DNA of 64,000 nt, from assembly GCA_044347565.1 (NCBI GenBank), contig JBIKUN010000002.1:13118-77117 (forward strand). The letters are read 5' to 3'. The DNA is from Vicinamibacterales bacterium (GTDB taxonomy: Bacteria; Acidobacteriota; Vicinamibacteria; Vicinamibacterales; UBA2999). Position numbers and translations under genes: made by a program. The notes under the pieces were generated by a model. The model worked only from the letters and a program-made list of their open reading frames with translations. It did not search any database and was not told the DNA's origin. Shown here one piece after another: positions 20,865-29,580 of this stretch (within the stretch, counting starts at the first letter, position 1; each line of letters opens with the position of its first letter).

Positions 20865-21733
20865 CGTGTGTTCGGGGCCGGCCCGGCGCAGCGGAACCCC
20901 ACGGTGGGCTGCGCGGTGTCTGGCGCCGTGAAGTTCCGGTAGTAGACGGTGCCGAGGCGCGTCTCGGTATCCGCCCAGCTGCCGCCGCGGATCACCTTGT
21001 AGCGGCCGGTCGCCGGCCCGGTGGGCTGCTCGACCGGACTCTCCGCGTAGTAGTGGAGGTCGTACCAGTCGGCCGTCCACTCCCACACGTTGCCCGACAC
21101 GTCGTAGAGGCCGAAGGCATTCGGCGCGAACGACCCCACGGAACGCGGGCCGGTGCTCGAGCCGCTGTGCGCGCGTTTCGTGGCCGTGCCGTCGGGTGTC
21201 GAGTCCGTGTAGTCGTTACCCCACGGATAGTCGAGATCGGCCACACCGCCGCGGGCGGCGTATTCCCACTCGGCTTCGGTGGGCAGGCGTCCGCCCCGCG
21301 CCGCGCAGTACTTCACCGCGTCGTGCCAGGTCACGTTGTAGACGGGCAGTCGGCCCTTGCCGGCGGGCGGCGTGCGCCCGCCCCAGTGATACGGCGGCTC
21401 AACACCCGCACCCGGCGTGGCCACGAAGGCGGCGTAGTCGTCGTTCGTGATTTCGTGCGTGTCAATGGCGAAGGCGGCCAGGCGCACGCGATGCACCGGC
21501 CGATCATCCGCGCGCTCGCGCACCTGCCAGCCGATTTCGTCCATCAGCCACAGGCGCGTGCGGCCCATCCAGAACTCGTCGGCTGCGAGCGGTATGCGTG
21601 CGGGTGCGGCTGTCGCGGTCGCGGATTGCGCAGCCGGCGGCTGCGCCGCCGACGAGCCGCCCAGCACGAGGCCGGCCACGAGGCCGAAGGCCGCGGCAAC
21701 ACGCAGGAGGGAGCGCGACACGGGACGGCTCAC
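20861..21733 (-). CDS. Exported FGE-sulfatase (SUMF1/EgtB/PvdO) domain protein
   Basis: FWMG, RLPTEAEWEYAARGG, PNAFGLYDVSGNVWEW, RGGSW, VGFRC. GTGA and ATGA overlaps with its neighbours. Confidence 0.9.
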   Translation of the reverse strand: MSRPVSRSLLRVAAAFGLVAGLVLGGSSAAQPPAAQSATATAAPARIPLAADEFWMGRTRLWLMDEIGWQVRERADDRPVHRVRLAAFAIDTHEITNDDYAAFVATPGAGVEPPYHWGGRTPPAGKGRLPVYNVTWHDAVKYCAARGGRLPTEAEWEYAARGGVADLDYPWGNDYTDSTPDGTATKRAHSGSSTGPRSVGSFAPNAFGLYDVSGNVWEWTADWYDLHYYAESPVEQPTGPATGRYKVIRGGSWADTETRLGTVYYRNFTAPDTAQPTVGFRCAGPAPNTR

Positions 21734-23133
21734 GCGAAGAGATCGCCGATCTCGTCGGCTTCCATCATCGCCGCGCCGCCCAGGCTCACCGTGTCCACGT
21801 AGTGATACGCACGGCCCGAGGGCGTGTTCTCGACCACCTTCGTCCAGTCGATGCCGAGCGCCGAGTAGATCGTGGCGACGGTGTTGTCCATGAAGGGCTG
21901 CGTCTTGTGGCGCCAGCCGGTGTCGACCACGGCGCTGCCGTCGGCGGTCGTGCTGCCGAGGATGCGTCCGCCGGCGATACCACCGCCCACGTAGAGCCCG
22001 GTGTAGGCGCCCTTCCAGTGATCGCGGCCGTTCACCGGGTTCATGCCGGGGGTTCTGCCGAACTCGCTCTGGCAGACGATCATCGTCTCGTCGAGCAGCG
22101 TCTTGCCGGCGGTGCTGCCGGGCGCCTTCGCGAGGTCGTGGATGAGGCTCACGAGGCCTTTGTCGAGCCGCGTGCAGGTGCGGTAGTGATTCCACTCCGC
22201 GGTCTTGTCGAAGATGCCGGCGTGATGATCCCAGCGGTCGCCGTCGTAGATGTAGATCATCCGCGTGCCGGCCTGCTGGCCGAGCAGGTTGCGGGCGAGG
22301 ATGCAGCCCAGACCGAACTCGTCGTCACCGTAGCGGGCGCGGTCGTCGGCCGAGGCCTGGAACACCGACGGCCAGCGCGCATCGGTCAGAAGCCGGTGCG
22401 CGTCGTCGTAGAAGGTCTGGTAGTCGGCCGCCTTCTGGCCCATCGCCTGCCGCTGGCCTTCGTTGATCTTGGAAAGCGCCGTCAGCAGTTCCCAGCGCTC
22501 CGAGAGCACCGCATTGGCGCCGGTCATGTCGCCGCCGAAGGCCGCGAACACGGTGCTCGGGTCGAGGTCGAGGCCCGTCGTCCACGTGGGCAGGAAGCCC
22601 GAGCCGATCGAGCCGGCGCGCGCCTTCGTGAGATTGGTGCTGATGTAGGTGGGGAAGGTGTCGCGCTCGCGGCGCTGCTTCGCGAGTTCGAAGGCCACGA
22701 CCGACCCGAAGGCGGGAATCTCGCGCGCGATCGCCGGGTTGAGCGCGCGGCCGGCCTGCGTGTGGTACTGGCCGTTGAAGTGGATGAGCTCAGGCGCCTG
22801 CATCGAGCGCACGAGGCCCACGCGGTGCATCTCTTTCGAGAGCTGCGGGAAGAGCGTGCGCGAGAGATACAGGCCCTTCGACACCTCGGTCACGTCGAGG
22901 TCCTGCGGCGTCCAGCGCGTCTCCTTGAAATCCCAGCAGTCCATCGGGCTGATGGCGCCGCCGAGTTCGATGAAGATGACGTTCTTCGCCGTGCCGCGCG
23001 GCGTGACCGCGGCGCCGCTGGCGCGGATGTCGAGCGGCCACACGAGGCCGTCCACCCAGGTGCCGGCCAGAGCCAGGCCACCCCAGCGGAGGAGGTCTCG
23101 GCGCGAAGGAACGAGGTCTGTCAGTCGGCGCAT
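21730..23133 (-). CDS. DUF1501 domain protein, Tat-exported
   Basis: SRRDLL Tat motif; KNVIFIELGGAISPMDCWD, WDHH, SEFGRTP, GRDHW, GGGIAGG. Confidence 0.9.
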   Translation of the reverse strand: MRRLTDLVPSRRDLLRWGGLALAGTWVDGLVWPLDIRASGAAVTPRGTAKNVIFIELGGAISPMDCWDFKETRWTPQDLDVTEVSKGLYLSRTLFPQLSKEMHRVGLVRSMQAPELIHFNGQYHTQAGRALNPAIAREIPAFGSVVAFELAKQRRERDTFPTYISTNLTKARAGSIGSGFLPTWTTGLDLDPSTVFAAFGGDMTGANAVLSERWELLTALSKINEGQRQAMGQKAADYQTFYDDAHRLLTDARWPSVFQASADDRARYGDDEFGLGCILARNLLGQQAGTRMIYIYDGDRWDHHAGIFDKTAEWNHYRTCTRLDKGLVSLIHDLAKAPGSTAGKTLLDETMIVCQSEFGRTPGMNPVNGRDHWKGAYTGLYVGGGIAGGRILGSTTADGSAVVDTGWRHKTQPFMDNTVATIYSALGIDWTKVVENTPSGRAYHYVDTVSLGGAAMMEADEIGDLFA

Positions 23134-23147
23134 GGCGGGCCCCGGGA

Positions 23148-25031
23148 TCAGCGGTTGACGAGGAACTCGGGACTGTTGACGAGCGCCCAGAGCAGGTCTT
23201 CGGTGCCGCGGCTGCGGTTGCCGGCGAGCGTGCGGCGGGCCACGCCGCGTTCGGCGGGTGAGGGCGTGCGCGCGCCGGTGCTCATGTAGAGCTCGTCGAT
23301 GATTTCGTCGTCGGTGCGCGTCGAGCCCACGAGCGTGGCGACGGTGCCCTGCGCGGACGCCAGCACACGATCGTTCACCACGGTCGACTTCATCATGAGC
23401 AGCGCCTGCAGCGTGGACGGGCGGTTGCCGCTCTGCGGCGGCGTGCGGCGGTTGCTCTGGAAGAAGCTCTGCAGCATCGCGTCCACGGCCATGGACTCTC
23501 CGGCGCGGCCGATGTCACCAGGTGTGGCGAGCTGCTTCACACGTGTCATGGTTTCGCCGCCGAGCGTGAACTTGAGCGGCACGCCGGTGACGACGGCGAG
23601 CGAGTCGAGCACTTCCGGCCCGGTGAGCACGCGCGCGTAGTGGCGCGGATAGAGCGGCAGGTAGTCGTCTTTCCACGTGCCGGGGAACGACGACGAGAGC
23701 TGATAGGCGCTCGACTGCAGAATCGTGCGGATCGTGTGCTTGAGGCGGAAGCCGCTCTTCGTGAAGTCTGCCGCCATCGCCTCGAGCAGCTCGACGTTCG
23801 AGGGCTGGGCGTCCTTGCCCGAGAGGCGCAGCATGTCGAACGCATCGTGCGGCTCGACGAAGCCCACGCTCATCAGCCGGCCCCAGAGCAGGTTCACCGT
23901 AGCGCGCGCAAACTGCGGATGCGCGGTGATCATGCGGGCAAGAGCCGCCCGCGGCGCTTCACCCGCGCGCGGCCTTTCGCCGGTGAGGATGAAGGCCGGC
24001 TCGTGCGAGCCCTTCGGCCGCGGAAACTGGCTTTCGGCGAGTGTCAGGAACGGCGCGTCGTTGCCGCCGTCGTAGCCGGGGCCGAGGTCGTCCACGTGCA
24101 GGTCGCGATCGACGTTGCGCGACTTGTCGTTCCAGTTGCCGATGAGGCGTGTCGTGCCGAAGAAGGCCGACATGGCGAAGAACTCGTCGCGCTTCCGTTC
24201 GGCGAGGTACTTGTTGACGTCTTCCAGGTGGTACTCGCCGTCGTGGCACGAGATGCACGACGTGTTGAGTCCCAGGAACACGCGGCTCACGTCGATGGTG
24301 AGCGCGTCGATGTGGTCGAGGCGATTCGAGATGCGGTAGTCGTCCACGCTCTCGACGAAGCGGCTCTTGAGCTGGTTGCTGCGGCCGATGACGGCGAGCG
24401 ACGGGATGGTGGCGTGCACCTTCGACGACGGCGTGAGGACGTCGTGCACGAAGCGGTCGTAGGGCCGATCGACCTTCAGCAGTTCCTTGAACCAGTAGTG
24501 GAAGGCGTTGGCGCCCGGGCCGGCTTCGCCCGACATGCGCAGCAGATCGCCCCAGTGCCACGCCCACTGCTCGGCGAATTCGTCGGAGGCGAGCAGGCGG
24601 TCGATCAGGCGGTCGCGCTTATCCGCGGCGCGGTCGGCCGCGAAGGCACGGACGTCCGCAGAGGACGGCGGCAGGCCGGTGACGTCGAGGTAGACGCGGC
24701 GCACGAACTCGTCGTCGCCGGCGAGCGGCGCGTGCGGCACGCCGGCCTTGGCGAGGCGGTCGAAGATGAGCGTGTCGATGTAGTTGCGCCGCGGCACGGG
24801 CCGCGCCGCGGCTGCGGGATCCACCGGCCGGGCCACCGCCGCCGTGAGCCGCGCCGTGTCGCGGGTTTTGTCGTCGCCGCGCAGGCCTTCATGCGCCGCT
24901 TCCACGCGGTCGTGCGTGCTGGGCGCCGGTGCCGGCGTGGGCTGCGTCTGCGTCCAGACGGTGGCCGAGTAGAGCGACGTGGCGGCGACGAGGAGCGCCG
25001 AGGGACGGCGCAGCCAGCACAGCACGGACAT
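23148..25031 (-). CDS. DUF1549/DUF1553 (PSCyt2/PSD1) domain protein
   Basis: NYIDTLI, FVRRVYLDVTGLPP, DRPYDRFV, FLGLNTSCISCHD, FARATVNLLW, EDLLWALVNSPEF. Confidence 0.9.
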   Translation of the reverse strand: MSVLCWLRRPSALLVAATSLYSATVWTQTQPTPAPAPSTHDRVEAAHEGLRGDDKTRDTARLTAAVARPVDPAAAARPVPRRNYIDTLIFDRLAKAGVPHAPLAGDDEFVRRVYLDVTGLPPSSADVRAFAADRAADKRDRLIDRLLASDEFAEQWAWHWGDLLRMSGEAGPGANAFHYWFKELLKVDRPYDRFVHDVLTPSSKVHATIPSLAVIGRSNQLKSRFVESVDDYRISNRLDHIDALTIDVSRVFLGLNTSCISCHDGEYHLEDVNKYLAERKRDEFFAMSAFFGTTRLIGNWNDKSRNVDRDLHVDDLGPGYDGGNDAPFLTLAESQFPRPKGSHEPAFILTGERPRAGEAPRAALARMITAHPQFARATVNLLWGRLMSVGFVEPHDAFDMLRLSGKDAQPSNVELLEAMAADFTKSGFRLKHTIRTILQSSAYQLSSSFPGTWKDDYLPLYPRHYARVLTGPEVLDSLAVVTGVPLKFTLGGETMTRVKQLATPGDIGRAGESMAVDAMLQSFFQSNRRTPPQSGNRPSTLQALLMMKSTVVNDRVLASAQGTVATLVGSTRTDDEIIDELYMSTGARTPSPAERGVARRTLAGNRSRGTEDLLWALVNSPEFLVNR

Positions 25032-25140
25032 CTGAGCCTCCGGGGACCTCCGGCCCGCGCGCCGGAATGGCGCACAGTCTAGCAGTCCGGACGCCTCGCC
25101 GGACGGCTATTCCAGCGGTCTGCCGGGGGAGCCGCCGGCT

Positions 25141-25389
25141 CCGCCGGACGGCGGGACGCGGTCCGGTCGTCGGCTCCGCTTCGCGCGTCGGTCACTCGCA
25201 CCTCCCGGCGACTTGCGCCTGTACAAGCCCTTAGGGGGCCCCCATGCCGGGGCCCCCGACGCGCGGACTGTGCGCGTTGGGGTGGCGTCCCCTGCCCAAA
25301 AGAGGCCCGCACTCTCGGTGCGAGTGTCGCAATCGGAAGCGCCGCGCTCAGAGTCGCCGCCGCCCGGACCGCGTCCCGCCGCCCGGCGG
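25141..25389. repeat. Structured element, copy A (249 nt, 26-bp closing stem)
   Basis: 25141-25166 pairs with 25364-25389 at 25 of 26 positions. The core is an inverted homolog of 25936-26143. Confidence 0.85.
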
Positions 25390-25559
25390 GTGTGGCCATT
25401 GCAGCAAAGTCGATACGTCCGGAGCACTTGCTCGAGATGCGAGAGACGGGCACAATGCCCAACCGTGTGGCGGCTCCCGTTCAAGCTTGGGGAGGCGTCG
25501 TGTGCCCCCTCGGAGCGACTCCTGCCGCCCATCGCGAGTCAGGCGGAGTGGAGGTCGTC

Positions 25560-25820
25560 GTGGATGTCGTCGAATACGGCCGTCTCGTCGAGGTGATACT
25601 GCTGTTCGCCGGGGCCTTCGGCTCTGCCTGGATCCTGCGAGGCGAAGATGCGTCGGTCGAGCGCAACGCTCGCGCGCTCATTCTGGCGGCGGTGGCGGTT
25701 CTACAGGTCGGCGGGCTCGCGCAGCTTCCACCCTCCGGTGGGTGGGCCCTGTGGTGTGTCTCGGGCAGCATGATTCTGACTGCGGGTGTCCTGGTCTCCA
25801 GGAAGGACCGAGCGCGTTGA
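25560..25820 (+). CDS. Small hypothetical membrane protein (about 86 aa, 3 hydrophobic segments) between the two structured elements
   Basis: GGAGG followed by GTG at 25560; MDVVEYGRLVEVILLFAGAFGSAWIL...SRKDRAR. Codon usage is less GC3-biased than the flanking genes. Confidence 0.5.
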   Translation: MDVVEYGRLVEVILLFAGAFGSAWILRGEDASVERNARALILAAVAVLQVGGLAQLPPSGGWALWCVSGSMILTAGVLVSRKDRAR

Positions 25821-25935
25821 CGTCGAGTTGGGCGTCGAATGGTGGGGCGGGAGTTCGCGCCAGTCGCGAACGCCAACCCACGGATTGTCGTGGCGCAGCA
25901 GCCCGACGTGCTCAGCGGGCAGTGACACTGGCGTT

Positions 25936-26143
25936 GCCGCTGGGCGGGCCGGCACCGTCCGGGCGGCGGCGACTCTGAGCGCGTCGTGAACGGATCCGAC
26001 ACTCGCACCGGGAGTGCGGGCAACTCCAGGGCAGGGAATGGGGGCTCCCTAAGGGCTCGTACAGGCGCAAGTCTCCGAGAGGTGCGAGTGACCGACGCGC
26101 GAAGCGGAGCCGACGAACGGACGGTGCCGGCCCGACCAGCGGC
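25936..26143. repeat. Structured element, copy B (208 nt, 26-bp closing stem), inverted relative to copy A
   Basis: 25936-25961 pairs with 26118-26143 at 25 of 26 positions. It shares long near-identical blocks with the reverse complement of copy A. Confidence 0.85.
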
Positions 26144-26173
26144 GAACTGGCACCCTCCGTCAGCGGCGCAGCG

Positions 26174-28774
26174 TTACTTGGCCGTCTTCAGCCACGCCGT
26201 GAGCGGGGCGCTCTGCCTGGCGTCGATGGCGGCGCAGGCCTCGATGCGTTCGATGGCCTGACGCAGGCTGCGCGCGGCGGCCGGTTCGTGGTGCTTCTCG
26301 AAGAATGCCTTCACCTCGTTCGCGCGCTCCGTGCTGCAGAAGGCGCCGAGTCCGCCCACGATGGCGGGCACGCCCTGGAACACGCCCACCTTCGTCGTGA
26401 TCGCCTCCCACTGCTGCTGCACGAACGTCCAGGCCGCGTCGCCTTGGGCGCCGCCGAAGAGCTGCGCGAGCACGGTGGGTACGTCCTGCGAGCGGACCTC
26501 GTCCGTCAGTGTCGAGGCCAGCGTGCGCTGCACGAGCGCCGGGTCGCGGAAGGCCGGCAGCGCGCCGAAGAGGCGGTAGTAGATGTCGGGGGTGGCGGCG
26601 GATGCCTGCATCTTCGCGCGAAGGCGGTCGTAGAGCGCGGCATCACCAGCGCCCGCCGCGATGTTGAGGGCGGCGCCGATGAGCGACGGCGACACCGAGT
26701 CCACGCGGTCGAGGTATGCCAGCGTAAGCGCGGTGGCCTTGGCGCGCACACGTTCGTCACCCGCGCTGCCAAGCAGCCCCATCAGCACGCCGCGGCGCGT
26801 CTGCACGTCGTCGCTGTCGCCAGGCGTCGGATCGACCCCGATGGCGTCGAGCGCCGGGCCGAACTTGGCGCGGATCCAGGCGTTCAGCGGCGCGCGATCC
26901 GCCTCGCCTGCGATGGCGCCGTTCACGAAGCCGACGCGTCCGGCGATGTCGCTCGTGACCGACGGCGTCGTGTCGCCCGCGAACGCCGCCGCCAGATCCA
27001 GGAACGTGCCCACGTCGTGACGGCCGGCGCGCACAAGGCGCCATTCGTCGCCGAGCAGGCTTACCTTCTCCGCGCCCGTGAGGGCCGTCTTGCGGGCGGC
27101 GAGCGCCGTGAGCGCCGCCGGCTCGTACTCCGTGATGTAGTAGCCGCGGGCATCCGCGTTCACCATCGCCGCACCGCACCCCGGCGCGTTGAAGCTCTGC
27201 GTCGAGTCGGACACCAGCTCGCAGGTGGTCTTGCCCGTGTCGGTCTTCACACACACCGGCAGCGACCAGGCCTGCGGCGCCGAGGGCTTCGCGCCAATGG
27301 TGCTGTCGAAGCGGCGCTGCCGCACCGTCACCTTCGTCTGCCCGCCGACGCACGACGTGCTCACCGAGAGCACCGGCGCGCCGGGCTGATCCACGAAGCT
27401 GCGCATCACGCGGTTCACGGGCTTTTCAGTGACGCGCGTCACTTCGTTCCAGAAGTCCTCGCCCGCGGCGTTCGACGACGAGTAGCGCGTGAGATACGCC
27501 GACACGCCCTTCCGGAACGCTTCGGGGCCGACAAACGCCTCCACCATGTTGATGACGCCCGACGTCTTCTCGTAGGCGATCGGATCGAACACCTCGTTGA
27601 TCTCGGCGGGCGTTTCGACCTTCGTGCGAATCGCCCGCGTGGAGCGCAGCACGTCGAGGCCGAGGGCCGTCTGCGTTTCCTCCGCCGCATTCACGTCCAT
27701 CTGCCACTCGGGCTTCCACGCCGCCAGCGGCTTGTTGGCGGCCCAGGTGGCGAAGCCTTCGTTCAGCCAGATGTCGTCCCACCACTTCATCGTCACGAGG
27801 TTCCCGAACCACTGGTGTGCGAGTTCGTGTGCGATGACCGAGGCGACCGCCTTGCGGACGCCGATCGAGGCCGTGGCTTCCTCCACGAGCAGCATGCGCT
27901 CGCGGAAGGTGATGGCGCCGGCGTTCTCCATGGCGCCGGCCGCAAAATCCGGGATGCCGATGATGTCGAGCTTGCCGAATGGATACCGGATGCCGAAGTA
28001 GTCGTTGAAGAACTTTACTTCGTACTGCGCGGCTTCCATCGCGAAGCCGGTGAGGTCTTTCTTGTCCGGCGTGGCGCAGACGCGGATCGCGATGCCGTCG
28101 CTTGTGCCCTCGCGGCACACGAAGTCGCCCACGAGCAGCGCCACGAGATACGTGGACATCTTCGGCGTCGTGGCGAAGCGCACCGTGTGCGTGCCGGCGT
28201 CCGGGCCGGGGGTGTCTGCCACCTGCGCCCCGTTCGAGATCGCCATGTCGCCGGCGGCGATCGTCATCGCGATGTCGAAGGTGGCCTTCTTCGCGGGTTC
28301 GTCGAAGCAGGGGAAGGCGCGGCGGGCATCCGTGGCTTCCATCTGGCTCACCGCGTAGTTCCGCGTCGCGCCCTTGCTCAGGTAGAAGCCGCGCAGCTTG
28401 TCGTTCAGGATGCCGCGGTACGTCACGTGGATGGTCGCCGTGCCGGCCGCGAGTGGCGCCGGCGCGGTGAAGGTGACCATCTCGTCGTTCGTGTTCTCGG
28501 CCACCGTGGCGGGCACGGTCTTCCCGCCCGCCTCGATCGTGACCGTGTCGAACGCGATCTCCGCCGCGTGCAGCGTGATGGCCGCCGTGGGCTGCTCGAT
28601 GCGCACGCGGATGTCGACGGTGCCGCGGAAGGTGGCCGCGGCGATGTCGGGTGCGACCCAGAGCGTGTAGTGCTCGGGGGTGACGCCGCCGGGCAGCCGC
28701 TGGGCGGCCACGGGCGAGGCAAGGGCCGCGACGGCCAAGGCGAGCAGGAGGACGAGGGTGACGCGCATCCGCAT
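26174..28774 (-). CDS. pepN: Exported M1-family aminopeptidase with an ERAP1-like C-terminus
   Basis: GAMEN, HELAHQW...WLNEGFA, AYEK; signal peptide. Confidence 0.92.
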   Translation of the reverse strand: MRMRVTLVLLLALAVAALASPVAAQRLPGGVTPEHYTLWVAPDIAAATFRGTVDIRVRIEQPTAAITLHAAEIAFDTVTIEAGGKTVPATVAENTNDEMVTFTAPAPLAAGTATIHVTYRGILNDKLRGFYLSKGATRNYAVSQMEATDARRAFPCFDEPAKKATFDIAMTIAAGDMAISNGAQVADTPGPDAGTHTVRFATTPKMSTYLVALLVGDFVCREGTSDGIAIRVCATPDKKDLTGFAMEAAQYEVKFFNDYFGIRYPFGKLDIIGIPDFAAGAMENAGAITFRERMLLVEEATASIGVRKAVASVIAHELAHQWFGNLVTMKWWDDIWLNEGFATWAANKPLAAWKPEWQMDVNAAEETQTALGLDVLRSTRAIRTKVETPAEINEVFDPIAYEKTSGVINMVEAFVGPEAFRKGVSAYLTRYSSSNAAGEDFWNEVTRVTEKPVNRVMRSFVDQPGAPVLSVSTSCVGGQTKVTVRQRRFDSTIGAKPSAPQAWSLPVCVKTDTGKTTCELVSDSTQSFNAPGCGAAMVNADARGYYITEYEPAALTALAARKTALTGAEKVSLLGDEWRLVRAGRHDVGTFLDLAAAFAGDTTPSVTSDIAGRVGFVNGAIAGEADRAPLNAWIRAKFGPALDAIGVDPTPGDSDDVQTRRGVLMGLLGSAGDERVRAKATALTLAYLDRVDSVSPSLIGAALNIAAGAGDAALYDRLRAKMQASAATPDIYYRLFGALPAFRDPALVQRTLASTLTDEVRSQDVPTVLAQLFGGAQGDAAWTFVQQQWEAITTKVGVFQGVPAIVGGLGAFCSTERANEVKAFFEKHHEPAAARSLRQAIERIEACAAIDARQSAPLTAWLKTAK

Positions 28775-28852
28775 GCGCTCACGGTAGCAGAGGCGGCGCC
28801 CCTGCGTGACGGCGAGGTGCGGCGGGCGAGGACGAGCGGCGGGACGGGCCCC

Positions 28853-29416
28853 TCAGGGCCGCCGGCGCGTGGGTTCGGTTTCCACCTCCGCCCGCTCGCT
28901 CTCGCTGATGTAGACGCGGGCGCGTCGGATGCGGCCGCCGTCGAGCTGCAGGAACACGGCGCCCGGCGCCGCGAACCGCTTCTTGGTGGCGGTGTCGGTG
29001 TAGGTGGCGATGAGCTGCACGGCGATGGCGGGACCGCCCCAGGGGCCGGTGGTCTCGTGCAGCAGGCTCGCCGTGTTCTCGCGCGCGGTTTCGGTCTCGA
29101 GCCGGTAGATGCGGCGCTCTTCGCTCGCGGCGAGTCGCGACGCCATCACGCGGATGCCGGCGTGCCCGCGGTAGGTGGCGGTGCCGCGCTGGTCGGCGGT
29201 GGGCCCGGCGATGTGGAGCGCGTCGGGCGCGTAGAGCGCCACGAAGGCGTCGAGCGTGGCGGGGGCGTCGCTGAGCGCGTTCAGGCGCTCGAGCCACTGC
29301 CGCACGAGGGCGGCGGGGGAGGGGTCCGCGGCGGGCGCCGGGACGGGCGTCTGCGCGCGGAGCACCGCGGGTGAGGAGCACGCGCACAGGAGGACGAGCA
29401 GGGCCACGCGTCGCAT
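28853..29416 (-). CDS. Exported SnoaL/NTF2-like protein
   Basis: Signal MRRVALLVLL; LVRQWLERLN, ALYAPDA, YRGHAGIR, GGRIRRARVY. Confidence 0.7.
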   Translation of the reverse strand: MRRVALLVLLCACSSPAVLRAQTPVPAPAADPSPAALVRQWLERLNALSDAPATLDAFVALYAPDALHIAGPTADQRGTATYRGHAGIRVMASRLAASEERRIYRLETETARENTASLLHETTGPWGGPAIAVQLIATYTDTATKKRFAAPGAVFLQLDGGRIRRARVYISESERAEVETEPTRRRP

Positions 29417-29425
29417 GTCGGGAAT

Positions 29426-29534
29426 TGTAACGGGGTCTGTCACGGTCACGACTTGTATCGGGGTCTGTCACGGTTACATCCGGTGACGGTGACAGACCCG
29501 GTGACATATGGTGTTGGTGACAGACCCCGTTACA
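29426..29534. repeat. Nested inverted repeat built from four GTGACAGACCC units (REP/BIME-like)
   Basis: Perfect 18-bp outer inverted repeat (29426-29443 / 29517-29534) and 11-bp inner inverted repeat (29461-29471 / 29489-29499). Confidence 0.85.
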
Positions 29535-29580
29535 TTTGGGCGGGCATCGGCTATCGTCTCTGTTCGTCCAAGGAGGTTCC

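Noticed and set aside
20861-21733. FGE-domain gene as selenoneine synthase SenA or EgtB, because it sits next to a selenoprotein
   Set aside because: It has no DinB-like N-terminal domain, it has a signal peptide, and no senB or selD is adjacent.
25141-26143. Integron attC sites, retron msr-msd, group II intron or tRNA/tmRNA as the identity of the structured elements
   Set aside because: The copies are inverted rather than direct and lack the RYYYAAC...GTTRRRY order. There is no reverse transcriptase or integrase in the window, and no domain V or T-loop consensus that I can see.
26288-29374. Very long opposite-strand ORFs (1028 aa here; also 32627-36133, 36462-39305, 57096-59729, 60192-62654)
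   Set aside because: These are antisense shadows of real genes in high-GC DNA with few stop codons. They carry no recognisable motifs.
29426-29534. Possible CRISPR array
   Set aside because: Units are 11-18 bp and inverted, there are no regular unique spacers, and no cas genes are present.
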